Source: a virus. Taken from it: a DNA stretch of 64,000 nucleotides. The DNA lies in IMG/VR virus record IMGVR_UViG_3300045522_000058; one strand, written 5' to 3'. Positions 18,545-29,294 of this stretch are shown piece by piece. Position 1 is the first letter of the stretch, and every line of letters begins with the position of its first letter. Made by a program: the position numbers and the translations under genes. The notes under the pieces were generated by a model. The model was not told the DNA's origin. It did not search any database and saw nothing but the letters and a program-made list of their open reading frames with translations.

Positions 18545-19570
18545 TTACATGCCGTTCCTGTTTGCGTGTTCATCGAACTTTGCCTCGTATCCGTCGATAG
18601 TTGCAATCGCAGCTTCGAGTTTTGATCGAAGTTCATCGAGGCCTTTCGGTGGCTCGTCCTTGTAGTCCGGGCCAAACCGTTCATTCTTGTTAATGAAGTC
18701 CAGTGTTGAAAGAAGGTTGGCCGCTTGGAATGATGCAGCCGTAAGAGGATTGCGTCCCTGACCGCCATTGCTTGAAGGTGTTAGAACCAAGTCATGTACG
18801 TAAAGACCAGCCATAAAATGCCGATAATCGGCAAGCGCAACGAGCGTATCTCGAAATTTATCATCAGCTACGGCGTCGGTTAAATCTGTGCGCACTGTTT
18901 CGACCGCACGATCAATGGCCAGTTTCTGTTCGTAACTGAGATCGCACCAACCTCTGCCGGATTCTAAAATACCGAATAGCCCAGGAACCGGAACTTCGCG
19001 TCCGTCGAGGAAACCATAATTATCTTCGTAATAACCTCTGAAGGTAGATGCATTATAGAACTTGTCGTCCCCATCTTTAAACCGCAGTTTGGCATCTACG
19101 AGCATCTCGAAAACCGTATTAATTTCATCGGCAGTCGTGAATCCGAAATTTTTCGAGATAATGTTATGATAAGTGCTTTCAGCAATGACATAAACTCCGA
19201 GATACGCCATCTCGTCGGGTAAATCTTTGTTGAACTTGATGGTAGGCAATGCGATGCCATTTCCGTCATCAACGTATCCAAATGCTTCCGATGCAAAAGA
19301 ATCCCAATTGTCCTTCTTGAACGCGCCCAGAAGCATTTTTAGTGACACTTGGCCTTCGTCAGGGATGAAATTCCCATATTCGCCAGCATTGCCCCGCAAA
19401 AGCAAGGAAACAGCCGTAAAGCGATCCTGTGAAAAGAGTGCAGGCTTTGCAGCAGTTGCCACGGCGTCTGGATACCCGCCAGTCGTAGGTTTAATGACCA
19501 CAGCAATAGCTGGTTCGTCTTCAGACAAGCAACGACCAGTGACGGCATCGGAGAGATATGAAATACCCAT
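18545..19570 (-). CDS. Hypothetical protein (341 aa)
   Basis: Long ORF with AGGAAG SD. Confidence 0.75.
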   Translation of the reverse strand: MGISYLSDAVTGRCLSEDEPAIAVVIKPTTGGYPDAVATAAKPALFSQDRFTAVSLLLRGNAGEYGNFIPDEGQVSLKMLLGAFKKDNWDSFASEAFGYVDDGNGIALPTIKFNKDLPDEMAYLGVYVIAESTYHNIISKNFGFTTADEINTVFEMLVDAKLRFKDGDDKFYNASTFRGYYEDNYGFLDGREVPVPGLFGILESGRGWCDLSYEQKLAIDRAVETVRTDLTDAVADDKFRDTLVALADYRHFMAGLYVHDLVLTPSSNGGQGRNPLTAASFQAANLLSTLDFINKNERFGPDYKDEPPKGLDELRSKLEAAIATIDGYEAKFDEHANRNGM

Positions 19571-19847
19571 ATTGGCTTCCTAACATTTAATGGTGTGCGT
19601 TATTAATCAGGTGTTCTGCATGAGACTTAAAATATGAGTTCAATTTTCCTTATCATTGTCATTCCCGTGCCGTTCGTACTATGAAACGTCGTTCAGACGC
19701 ATAAAACAAAATCCGATATGATTAATTGCAACATTTAAATATTGGAGAAACTTAAATAGCCAAATCAAAATAAGACATCAAATAAAATGTTGTAATTATG
19801 TGAAAATACGTTATTAATTTCAGCAAGAATTATGAGGAATTAAAGCT

Positions 19848-20312
19848 ATGACCGCTCTTAAGACGAAGATTGTCGCCGAAAATCGCAAGGCTCGGCACAA
19901 CTATGAAATCATTGAAACTTTTGAAGCGGGAATTGTGCTGACTGGAACAGAAGTCAAATCCTTGCGGAATGGGTCTCCAAACATCGCCGAATCCTATGCA
20001 AGCCCTGAAGGTAACGAAATCTGGATCATTAATTCTTATGTTCCAGAATATACACAAGGCAATCGGTTTAATCACGATCCACGTCGCCATCGCAAAGTGC
20101 TGCTAAGCCGTCATGAAATTAACAAGATGCAGAATGCGGTTGCCCGTGAGGGCATGACCCTTGTTCCATTGAAGATCTATTTCAATGAAAAAGGTCGTGC
20201 AAAGGTGGAGCTTGCCATCGTAAAAGGGCGCAAGAACCACGACAAGCGCGAAGCGGATAAGAAACGTGATTGGCAACGCGAGAAGTCGCGTCTTCTCAAG
20301 GCTAATAGTTAA
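19848..20312 (+). CDS. smpB: SsrA-binding protein SmpB
   Basis: [52 protein letters not shown]. Confidence 0.97.
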   Translation: MTALKTKIVAENRKARHNYEIIETFEAGIVLTGTEVKSLRNGSPNIAESYASPEGNEIWIINSYVPEYTQGNRFNHDPRRHRKVLLSRHEINKMQNAVAREGMTLVPLKIYFNEKGRAKVELAIVKGRKNHDKREADKKRDWQREKSRLLKANS

Positions 20313-20315
20313 GGA

Positions 20316-20600
20316 GTGCAAGGTATGGAGTGTGAACGGATCAAGGTCGCAAATAACGATGTTATCGGCGCGACAATCGCACGCTTACAATTTTGTAAGG
20401 CTAATGTGGCTGGCCTTCTTATCGATGACGAAGGCAATGGATATCTGATTGATCGCTTTGGCACCTATGTTGGCCGTGAACTTCATCCAGCAGATGCGAC
20501 GAATGCAATTCTGCAACGAGAGTTGGAAGGTGTCGCCTTTGAACGCCTGACTGCTGAGGAAAAGGAAAAGAGAAAATCCACTTCACCGTGGGCGTTGTAA
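20316..20600 (+). CDS. Hypothetical protein
   Basis: AAGGAG directly after the smpB stop; likely co-transcribed. Confidence 0.6.
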   Translation: MQGMECERIKVANNDVIGATIARLQFCKANVAGLLIDDEGNGYLIDRFGTYVGRELHPADATNAILQRELEGVAFERLTAEEKEKRKSTSPWAL

Positions 20601-20613
20601 AAGGGATTTAATA

Positions 20614-20871
20614 ATGGCTGCAGATGAAGATAATGATGTGAAATATTTGGTTTTATGGGCATCGACCAATCGAAAGTTTACAGTCGCTCACGTACAGTGG
20701 TTCGACCGCAATGACTATCCAGAAGAAAACATGTACGCCATGTATAAGGATGAAACGACTGCGGATATCGTTGCCCTGCTTTTAAACAACCTTGTCGATG
20801 GGAATAGTCACTCGGCGCAGACGTTGCTTCAGCTTGATAAGCTAACCAAGAAGAATGGCACAGACTGGTAG
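20614..20871 (+). CDS. Hypothetical protein
   Basis: ORF in the same run; AAGGGA upstream. Confidence 0.55.
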   Translation: MAADEDNDVKYLVLWASTNRKFTVAHVQWFDRNDYPEENMYAMYKDETTADIVALLLNNLVDGNSHSAQTLLQLDKLTKKNGTDW

Positions 20872-20947
20872 GCAAGGTTACAAACTATATTATTTACAGT
20901 TTGAATAAAATGTTGGCCAATCATGAAATGTTCATTCTGAAACGGAT

Positions 20948-21379
20948 TTGAAAGGAAATATTTTAATGTCGCAAGAAACCGAACGAGATATAAGTAAAAC
21001 TGAGATTTGTGTAGTGTTATTGATTGTGGCTGCTTTTGTCTTGGCAATCGGCATTGTTTGTTTTGATGCAATAAAAGATAAAGAGCGTTATCCGCTAGAA
21101 GCCATGAAAATACATCAGGTGATGACTAGCCAAAATGAGATTGATTGCAAAGCTATCCGACGAATCGACACTGGCATCAGCATTCAGAACGCAAAATGTT
21201 ACGGAACTGCGACCTGCGCCGCAAATGACACTGAAGCCGGATTAACCATTTACAACGCTATAAGTGGCAAGGTTCTCAGAAAAATATACCGTACATCGGA
21301 TAGGAAAAGTCCTTATACAAGTTATGGTGCTGATTATGAGGAATTTCACAATTTTTGCATCTCTTACACTGAACTATAA
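20948..21379 (+). CDS. Hypothetical single-pass membrane protein
   Basis: N-terminal hydrophobic helix; Cys-containing exported domain. Confidence 0.6.
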   Translation: MKGNILMSQETERDISKTEICVVLLIVAAFVLAIGIVCFDAIKDKERYPLEAMKIHQVMTSQNEIDCKAIRRIDTGISIQNAKCYGTATCAANDTEAGLTIYNAISGKVLRKIYRTSDRKSPYTSYGADYEEFHNFCISYTEL

Positions 21380-21464
21380 ACGGATTATCCTGAATTTCCA
21401 CTTAATTTAGAGCGAAACTTGGTTGAGGTGGCTTGATAAGATGCTTCAACCAATCTCGCTTACC

Positions 21465-22835
21465 TCAGCAACTAGGTGTCTGCCCCCAGCGCGGTTTGCG
21501 TTCTGCTTCCCAAGATGGGGTCATGCCGTCAAATGACGATGGTGCTGCCGATATATGCTGTACATTCCAGCAACTTAGATCGCTGTTAAATGCGGTTGCA
21601 TCATAAAACATGGTTGTCATGGTTTGGACGTTAGACACGTTCCAGTCACCGATAGGCTGATTGAATGAACTGGCTCCGTAAAACATGCTGTACATGGTTT
21701 CTACTTTGCTTGTATTCCAATCGCTAAGGGGCTTATTAAATGAAGTTGCTGCATAAAATAAGTCGCTCATATCTTTTACATTAGACGTGTCCCAATTATT
21801 AATTGTTTGATTGAATTCGTAGGCTCCTAAAAACATTCCCTTCATGTTTGTCACTTTAGATGTATTCCAGTTGCCAATCGGTTGATTAAATGCATATCCG
21901 CCGCCGAACATGCTGGCCATTGACGTTACGTTCGATGTGTTCCAGTTACCAATTGGTTGATTGAATTTTTTCGCGTAAAAAAATACTGAAGTCATGTTTT
22001 GAACATTGGCAGTGTTCCAATTGTTCAACGTTTGATTAAAAGATTCAGCTTGAAAGAACATTGATGAGATGTCTGTTACGCTAGAGACGTCCCAATTTCC
22101 AATAGGTTGATTGAATACGTTGGCATTATAAAACATGCCTGCCATGTTTGTAACATTTGATGTGTCCCAATAGGAGATATCTCCATTGAAATCGGTATCT
22201 TGAAACAACCAGGACATATCGGTCACCTGTCCTGTAAACATCTTGTGTTCGCTCTGTGATAAAGTGTATTCGACACCATCGAGTTCAATTGCGCCGCTAT
22301 TGTGTGCAGCATTCCATAACCTGTTGCGGTCAACAATGAGCATGTCTCTGCACTCTGGTCCAGTGCCTACTTTGCCGATATTTTTACTGTCGTAACAATC
22401 GATTTGTTCATTGTATACAGTCAGATCAAAGCTAGTGCTGACTTGGTTTTTTGCATCACTATGGGATGCAGTAATAGTAACCGTTGCATTGGATTTCTGT
22501 GTTGGTGTACCAGATATTATACCGTTATTTAGGGTTACGCCTTCTGGCAGTCCTGTCACAGTGAAATCAATCTCATTGGCTGAGACTGGTTTGTTTCCAA
22601 CGATGGATACCAAGGAAGATAAGTGAATTGGAGACATTTCCTTATTAAGGTATATAGCATTTGACGTGAATTCGTTGAACACAATTTCGATTTTATCGCC
22701 GTTGCTGCTGTTTTTAAGTTCCAGTAAGACGGGCATTTTTCTAAAATAGAATTTTGAATCTGCATTTGAAGCTGTAATGCTGGCTATAAGAGCGCTAACA
22801 GTGGTTATGCCGAATATGATGGGTTTGATGCGCAT
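21465..22835 (-). CDS. BspA/DUF285-repeat surface protein with Ig-like domain
   Basis: Signal peptide; GLPEGVTLNNGIISGTPT (Ig-like); about ten 25-aa repeats WNTSNVTxMxxMF..A..FNQPIGN. Confidence 0.9.
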   Translation of the reverse strand: MRIKPIIFGITTVSALIASITASNADSKFYFRKMPVLLELKNSSNGDKIEIVFNEFTSNAIYLNKEMSPIHLSSLVSIVGNKPVSANEIDFTVTGLPEGVTLNNGIISGTPTQKSNATVTITASHSDAKNQVSTSFDLTVYNEQIDCYDSKNIGKVGTGPECRDMLIVDRNRLWNAAHNSGAIELDGVEYTLSQSEHKMFTGQVTDMSWLFQDTDFNGDISYWDTSNVTNMAGMFYNANVFNQPIGNWDVSSVTDISSMFFQAESFNQTLNNWNTANVQNMTSVFFYAKKFNQPIGNWNTSNVTSMASMFGGGYAFNQPIGNWNTSKVTNMKGMFLGAYEFNQTINNWDTSNVKDMSDLFYAATSFNKPLSDWNTSKVETMYSMFYGASSFNQPIGDWNVSNVQTMTTMFYDATAFNSDLSCWNVQHISAAPSSFDGMTPSWEAERKPRWGQTPSC

Positions 22836-23061
22836 ATTATAAGCTCTAGATTGTATGGAGAGTAATTATATACATATCGTGGATTGAATCAATTTTTCCG
22901 AAATAAAAAAATTATGCACTAGCTTTCACGTTTAAAAACGCTTGGCCTGTCTTATTTTTTTACATTTTTATTTCTAAACGACAGTCAACTGTCTTTTATT
23001 ATTGACGCCGATAATTCTATGCGACACCATACTGTCTATTAGACGTATTGATGGACTGAAA

Positions 23062-23436
23062 ATGCCAGATGATGACGAAATAACAATTGATGAACTGGTG
23101 AATCTATCCGGAGTTCCTCGTAGAAATATCCGCTACCTTATTTCTGAAGGTGTCGTTCCAGAACCTTCTGGACAAAAACGTTGGGCGCGTTATGGGCCTG
23201 ATCACATTCATGCGTTGCAGGTTTATTCTGCTCTTAAGAAAAACGGTGTTTCATCGCTGGATATAATTAAGGACAAAATTGAATGCGCGGATGAAAACAC
23301 CCCTACCCTCGTAATTGATCATATCGATGGGGTTAAAATTCAAATAGATCAGGGCGTTATAGATAAAATGGGTTCGGAAAATCTGATCAATCAAATTACC
23401 AAAGAAATTAAACGCAAAATCGCAAAGAAGGGATAA
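23062..23436 (+). CDS. MerR-family HTH regulator
   Basis: TIDELVNLSGVPRRNIRYLISEGVVPEP..RYGPDH. Confidence 0.8.
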   Translation: MPDDDEITIDELVNLSGVPRRNIRYLISEGVVPEPSGQKRWARYGPDHIHALQVYSALKKNGVSSLDIIKDKIECADENTPTLVIDHIDGVKIQIDQGVIDKMGSENLINQITKEIKRKIAKKG

Positions 23437-23440
23437 ATAC

Positions 23441-25750
23441 ATGCCAACAATTGATTTGAAGCACCCTCTTGAAACATTTATCGGCAATCGTACGCGTAGC
23501 AAGCATCCGGTGCCATTGAAGAAGACCAGCTATGACATTGAAGTCGTGTCTGGACTGGCAATCGTTCGCTCGACCCGCGTGTTCAAGAACGTTGAAAAGC
23601 GTCCGATTGAAGCAACGATGACGTTCCCTGTTCCATTTGATGCCGCCGTCTATGAAATCCAAGCCAAGGTCGACGGTCGCGTTCTAACTGGCAAGGCGCA
23701 GGCCGCAGTTAAAGCTCGTGAGACCTATGAAAATGCAATTGATGACGGAAAGCGAGCAATCCTCCACGAAGAGCTTCTGCGAGGGCTTCACATGCTCTCT
23801 GTTGGTAATGTTGCTCCAGGTTTAGAAATCGAGGTTTCAGCCACTTATGTTGTTCCAGTTACACTTGCTAAGGGAAACGGATCGTTTCGAATACCACTTA
23901 CCGTGGGGCAGATTTATGGCGTCACTCCGCTCGAAGACAGCGACGACATTGCTACAGGCGGTGACGTAAAGTCGGTATCCGTTACAATCTCAGCCGATAG
24001 AGGAACCGTTCAGATCGGCGGCAAGGACGTAACCAAAAAGACAAAGGTGCAGTCGAACCAGCCAATCGAAGTCCGTGTCATTGGGCTTTATGAAGACACG
24101 CCATCTTCATTGTCTGGCACCTCTGCTGACGGCAAAATCGTCAATATTGATTTCAAGCCTCTCTCCAAGGCTAAGTCGTCGCTCAACATGCATATGTTGC
24201 TAGATGTCTCAGGCTCGATGAATGAGCGCGTTAGCTCGAACTCCAATGGCGATAAAACCAAGTGGGACGCAGTCTTAGGTGGCGTAGATGAAGCGACTGA
24301 TGAAGTCGTGAAGTCTGCGGATCGCATCACGGTTTCGACTTTCTCAAGCCAGTGCACCATTCACGGTTCCACGACTGGAGACAGGCTCAGTTCCTATGTT
24401 CGATCCCTACCGATTGTGTCTGGTGGAACAAATCTGGCGGAAGCTGTCGCCAAGGTTGTGTCTCATGAAAAGGAAGCCAACGTCCTTCTTGTGACCGATG
24501 GCAAGAGTTGGAACAAGATCGACGTCCAAGCGGCGATTGCGAGCGGCGCTCGTTTCACCGTCGTTCTCGTGGGTGAAGATTCTCTGGAAATCAATGTCGG
24601 TTATCTTGCAGCGATGACTGGTGGTCAGATGTTCATCGTTCGTGGGGCAAACGTCCGCAAGGCGATTAGCGCGGCCATCAAGTCAATGCGTAACGTCTCG
24701 TCGCCGATTGTCCCCATCAAGGACGCGCCTGTTCATCTGACACGTCACATTGCTGGTGTTGAGATCAACGCAAGCTTTAAAGAGGTCAAGCATGCAGGTT
24801 CTGTAACAAATGATTATTTCAAAATTGCAGTGGGAGCATTCGCGGATAATCTCGCTGTTCAAGCCATGGAAGAGGAAGCTGGTGCTGTTTACGCGGCCGA
24901 GGCTGGGCTTGTTACCCATCTAACATCCATTGTCCTTGTTGATGAGGAAGCCGAAGCTGTGGATGGTATTCCTGCGACACGCAAAGTAGCCCTGCCTGAG
25001 CCTGCTACTGCTTCACGCTCCCTAGGTGCTTTCCGGTCCATGTCATACGCAGCGGCGGCACCTCAGTCTCTTAATCTGGTGGCATCAGGCGCTAGCCAGG
25101 CATTCATGTCTGCTAGCCCCAATACGGAGACAAGGACGGCAATGACGACGGCCACCCTCGGGATGTCAGAGGCTGTTGTGGGCGCACAAACTACAGGATG
25201 GGGTGACGCAGATCCTGTTCTGACCGGAATGGGACCTCTGATTGCTGGTAGGGAAACGACTGCAGTCAATCCTTGGCAGGACTTCTCGGAATTTCCAAAT
25301 CGTCTGCCTAACTATCCTCTCGTTCCAAAACCGTTGAAAATCGACGAACCGTCAGATTTCAAGATGGATATGGACGAATATACGAAGAAGATGTTGGGTC
25401 TTAAAGATGATTTTGCATTCCCTGCCCGCTATCTTAAAAAAGCGTACGATCCAAAGTCAGTTGCCAAGCTGGTGCTGCATGCAATTAACTGGGAAGAAGA
25501 ACCTGATCTTCTTCTAAAAGGAGACATAAGCCGCCTTTCAAGAGCGACACAGATTCAGATGCTTGGTCTCTCTCAGGAAAAGGCAATCAAGAAGCTAGCC
25601 AAGTCCTTGAATGTCTCTGAAATGATCGCTCTGATTGCTGTCTTGGCCAATCAGGTAAAGAACCGAACTGCAGCTAGGATCGCTCGGGCTGTGCTTACGG
25701 AGGTCAAGTTGAAGAAGCTGGCCAGCGCGAACGAAGCGCTCGGGTTCTAA
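23441..25750 (+). CDS. VIT and vWA domain protein (769 aa)
   Basis: N-terminal VIT (FKNVEKRPIEATMTFPVP, ARETYENA); MIDAS DVSGSM, GGTNL, VTDG. Confidence 0.9.
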   Translation: MPTIDLKHPLETFIGNRTRSKHPVPLKKTSYDIEVVSGLAIVRSTRVFKNVEKRPIEATMTFPVPFDAAVYEIQAKVDGRVLTGKAQAAVKARETYENAIDDGKRAILHEELLRGLHMLSVGNVAPGLEIEVSATYVVPVTLAKGNGSFRIPLTVGQIYGVTPLEDSDDIATGGDVKSVSVTISADRGTVQIGGKDVTKKTKVQSNQPIEVRVIGLYEDTPSSLSGTSADGKIVNIDFKPLSKAKSSLNMHMLLDVSGSMNERVSSNSNGDKTKWDAVLGGVDEATDEVVKSADRITVSTFSSQCTIHGSTTGDRLSSYVRSLPIVSGGTNLAEAVAKVVSHEKEANVLLVTDGKSWNKIDVQAAIASGARFTVVLVGEDSLEINVGYLAAMTGGQMFIVRGANVRKAISAAIKSMRNVSSPIVPIKDAPVHLTRHIAGVEINASFKEVKHAGSVTNDYFKIAVGAFADNLAVQAMEEEAGAVYAAEAGLVTHLTSIVLVDEEAEAVDGIPATRKVALPEPATASRSLGAFRSMSYAAAAPQSLNLVASGASQAFMSASPNTETRTAMTTATLGMSEAVVGAQTTGWGDADPVLTGMGPLIAGRETTAVNPWQDFSEFPNRLPNYPLVPKPLKIDEPSDFKMDMDEYTKKMLGLKDDFAFPARYLKKAYDPKSVAKLVLHAINWEEEPDLLLKGDISRLSRATQIQMLGLSQEKAIKKLAKSLNVSEMIALIAVLANQVKNRTAARIARAVLTEVKLKKLASANEALGF

Positions 25751-25757
25751 AATTGAT

Positions 25758-25783
25758 GGGGTGCGGGCAACCGTGCCCCTTTT
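25758..25783 (+). terminator. Intrinsic terminator
   Basis: GGGGTGCGG-GCAA-CCGTGCCCC followed by TTTT. Confidence 0.75.
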
Positions 25784-25860
25784 ACATTGCGTTCGGTGAT
25801 AATATTTTATTTAACAACATTCCTCGTGAGCGTATGGCTCTCCCAGCTTAGGAAATAATA

Positions 25861-26148
25861 ATGTCGGATCTAACTGAAAATCTGTGCGGGAAAACCATAG
25901 AGAACCTTGAGAAATATGATCTCTCTGCGGAAATGTTTTTTACGGACGGCACTTCTTTGGACGCTACCGTGAGCGGCACTGAGGAAGCATGGATCAATGT
26001 GGATAAGGGCGATTTCATCGGGAAGACAATTACCTCTGCCGAAGTAACTGAGACCTCCCTCGAAATTAAATTTGACGACGGTTCATCTGCCAGTATCGAC
26101 GCTTCAGGAACGGAATTCTCTTGGATTAACGTTTCTAGCTATAAATAG
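25861..26148 (+). CDS. Hypothetical protein made of two ~46-aa repeats
   Basis: GKTI..F.DG.S....SGTE..WINV occurs twice. Confidence 0.7.
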   Translation: MSDLTENLCGKTIENLEKYDLSAEMFFTDGTSLDATVSGTEEAWINVDKGDFIGKTITSAEVTETSLEIKFDDGSSASIDASGTEFSWINVSSYK

Positions 26149-26243
26149 ATGATGTAAGTCAAATCCACAAATATTATTCATAAAAATACGAATAGAGGCT
26201 GCCGAAATGACAGCCTCTTGGGAATTTTAATTATTTGCGACTT

Positions 26244-27308
26244 TTAAGATGCTTTCCCAACAAGTGTATATTGCTTTTCGTTCTTCTCATTTCGAGATAA
26301 ATGAACGAGGGAAGAATAATTCGCCGCAACATGAATATTCATTCGAGAATGCCCACGAGAAAGAAGGTAGTCTCGCAATGGACGAAACGTGGTCAATTTC
26401 GTCTTGTTTAGATAGGTGACCGTATCGTTTTCGATCTCTGTGAGATTGCCGTGTTCGCCCTTGAAACTGATCATGTCGTCATTGACTTCAAAATGACGGC
26501 TTTCAACAAGATAGCGTTCCAAAATCTCTGAAGATGGGAAGCTGTGTTGCGTGCTGCGACGGCTCAATGCGTTTAGCATGCTATTTGCTAATCGATTAAC
26601 GCTGACTTCATCGTGAATGGAAAATACTTTTTCGGCAGAATTGAGCAATACGTTGTCACGTTCTTCATACATAAAAAACATCGCATCACCGTCATGATAA
26701 ACCCAGGACGTTGGATCAATTTCAATGGCTTTACGATAATATTCCATGGAAAGAGGTGCAGGATCGATCTGACCAACTGTTGCAATGCCAAGAATTCCTG
26801 GCAAAGTACGTGTGGCGCACATGATTTTTCGATAGATTTTGGCGTCGTTCTTAGACGTGATAAAGCATTCTTCGCATTCAGAAAGTGCAGGTCGCGATAG
26901 TTCGACAAACTTGCAGTCAAAGAATTTAAATCCTTTAGCGCCGCCGATGTCTTGGATGAGATAAATCAAATCCTGTAGACTGGTTTCAAAAACGTCACCG
27001 ATTTCAGACTTGATAGCATTCTTGAGGTCACTGTAGAGCCAGATAGATTTCGAAGTGATGATTTTGTTGCAGATATCGAGCGTGGGCAGAACTTCGAGGC
27101 TTGCTTTCTTCAGGAATGCCTGCTGCAGGATTTGTCGAACCCGTTCGCGCGTTCCAATGTCGAATTGAGAAGCTGTCGTATCAAGCGTGGGCGCTACAAT
27201 GCCAGTAAAGCCATAGTGATAAAGAACGATGTCGATGTTTCGATCAACCATCGATTTGGCTGATAGATTTCTAACGAGAAATTCGACTACTTCGGTCTTT
27301 ACTGGCAT
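26244..27308 (-). CDS. Hypothetical protein with N-terminal sigma-region-4-like HTH
   Basis: PTLDTTASQFDIGTRERVRQI resembles the sigma4 TLEEIG..TRERVRQI motif. Confidence 0.7.
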   Translation of the reverse strand: MPVKTEVVEFLVRNLSAKSMVDRNIDIVLYHYGFTGIVAPTLDTTASQFDIGTRERVRQILQQAFLKKASLEVLPTLDICNKIITSKSIWLYSDLKNAIKSEIGDVFETSLQDLIYLIQDIGGAKGFKFFDCKFVELSRPALSECEECFITSKNDAKIYRKIMCATRTLPGILGIATVGQIDPAPLSMEYYRKAIEIDPTSWVYHDGDAMFFMYEERDNVLLNSAEKVFSIHDEVSVNRLANSMLNALSRRSTQHSFPSSEILERYLVESRHFEVNDDMISFKGEHGNLTEIENDTVTYLNKTKLTTFRPLRDYLLSRGHSRMNIHVAANYSSLVHLSRNEKNEKQYTLVGKAS

Positions 27309-28184
27309 TGTAGCTTCCCTTCATTCAAATATTAATAGAACGTTAATTCCGCGTTCTATGTATGAAAAATGGATACCTGTGTCAACTAATTACGTAGATA
27401 ATCATTATTTAATCGATAAAAATACCAATTAAATAAACCAATTAATGAGTAAAATTTTAATTATTTAAGGGAAATTCATTTAAATCAATCAGTTAATGGA
27501 TTTCCCATTAAATAATAGGTGCACCATAATAAAACACTTTATTTTGCAGGGTGTGGATAACTAAGCGGCAAAATACGCGCCCTCACTTATTTATTCTTTT
27601 GTCGGCAGGAGGTGTGAAAATTTGTCTACTGCATAATTAATAATTAAATTAATGCCGAAAGGATTGCCATAATGGAAAATATCACCGGAACAAGTGCCGT
27701 AAATTCACGAGGTGAAGTCGCTGTATTTTACGACGGTAAATTACGTCATTATGGAGCAAGTGCCACAAACTGAGAGAAACCAGTTGTGGCACGACAAATC
27801 GCCAATCTCCAGAAGGTTCGGATAAGCTTATGCGTTTGAATGGCTTGTATCGCGACGCTTCCAATGCATCGCGTAAAACAAACTGCCGATGGCCAATAGC
27901 TCCAGCACGAAGAATGCACCAGTCATTCTCGGGGCCACGCTGAACTGTATCATAGCCGACAGTACCACCACAGACAGCAACGCTGATGGCTCGATGAGCA
28001 GTCGGTTCCGTTTGAAGGCGAAATGACACTCTCTAACGAGTGAAGTCCGGTTTTGGCCAAAAGCTGCCTTTTCTTCGGGCCGCGATAAGACAACCTTGGG
28101 CCGGGAAAAATGTTGCTAAGCAATCTTTTATGTTGAATCGCCTGACACCGCATTGCAAATGAAATGTATTGCAGGAGATTTTGA

Positions 28185-28829
28185 TTGCTCGATCATTTGG
28201 GAACCACGGTTACAGTAGGAGGAGCGGACTACGACATCTCCCACCTCGCGCCTTTCATCTATACTCTGAAAGCGGCTGGTCCTAATGGCATGGACATCAG
28301 GGTGCGCGTCAGCTTCTCTTGTCATGTCTTCAGTGAAAAGGCCGCACACAATGCTGCCTTCGATTTTCGAGATCATAACGGAAGCCATCGAATCTTCTGC
28401 GCGAACCGCTACGCCAAATGCCTTACTCTTCAACAAGGCGTGCAAAACCTGTTCGATCAGAACGGCATTACTTGGGAGATGAAGGACCACAATCAGGTCG
28501 AAAACATGGCCGCATTGGCGCACAATCCGGCTGTGCGGATCGTCAGAGGCATACATGACGTGATCCTCTACTACTTCTATCCGAGTAACTCCGAACACTT
28601 CGAGATCGAGATGAACGTGCTGACCTGTCATGAGCGGGCGGTAAACACCACGGACAAGCACAAGTGGAATATGAAGCAAGCTGTGCGAGCCTGCTATTTT
28701 AGCAAGGAGCGAATGCCGATGACCGAGGATAAGCGCCGAGAGCTTGCCCAAATGAAGGCCGACGACGTGCGGGCTAAGCGGGCTGCCAAGCGCGATAAAC
28801 GGAAGGCATCGAAAGCGAAGAAGTCCTAA
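28185..28829 (+). CDS. Passenger hypothetical protein (214 aa, basic C-terminus)
   Basis: AGGAG SD; GC-richer than the flanks; followed by a strong hairpin at 28835-28860. Confidence 0.7.
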   Translation: MLDHLGTTVTVGGADYDISHLAPFIYTLKAAGPNGMDIRVRVSFSCHVFSEKAAHNAAFDFRDHNGSHRIFCANRYAKCLTLQQGVQNLFDQNGITWEMKDHNQVENMAALAHNPAVRIVRGIHDVILYYFYPSNSEHFEIEMNVLTCHERAVNTTDKHKWNMKQAVRACYFSKERMPMTEDKRRELAQMKADDVRAKRAAKRDKRKASKAKKS

Positions 28830-29294
28830 ATGACAAAAGGCTCCCAGACGGGAGCCTTTTGAGAATAACGAAGCGGGTGCGCCTTACCGTGGTTTACCGA
28901 ACCTCAAGAGAGGTGCGCAGCTACAGCATCAAGGCTATCACCAAGAAGTCCCGCCACCTGAAGCTACCTCATACATACAAAAAACAGGCAGGGTTAGCAA
29001 CAAAAAAGCGCATGAAAGTTTTCACAAACATGTGAGAACAGCTATGCGGAAGAGCCTGTTCGAAGTTAAGACGCTGAATCTACGTAGTTTCTTGCGACAT
29101 GACAAGAGGTGATGTCCTGCACAGTGTCATTTCGCCCTTAGCCGGAGCCGACCGCAACAGTTGACTCGACTCCACGCGACTCCCCTGATATGGGTCCTTT
29201 CATGTTCAGATCGATACGAATAGAGCGCTGACCTTTTTCTCCGCCCGAGTGACGGAGTGGCCGCCTATGTCCTGCGTATTGAACGGAACTAAAC

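Noticed and set aside
21560-22260. 75-bp periodic repeats as a CRISPR or DGR cassette
   Set aside because: They are in-frame DUF285 coding repeats with synonymous variation; there is no reverse transcriptase in the window.
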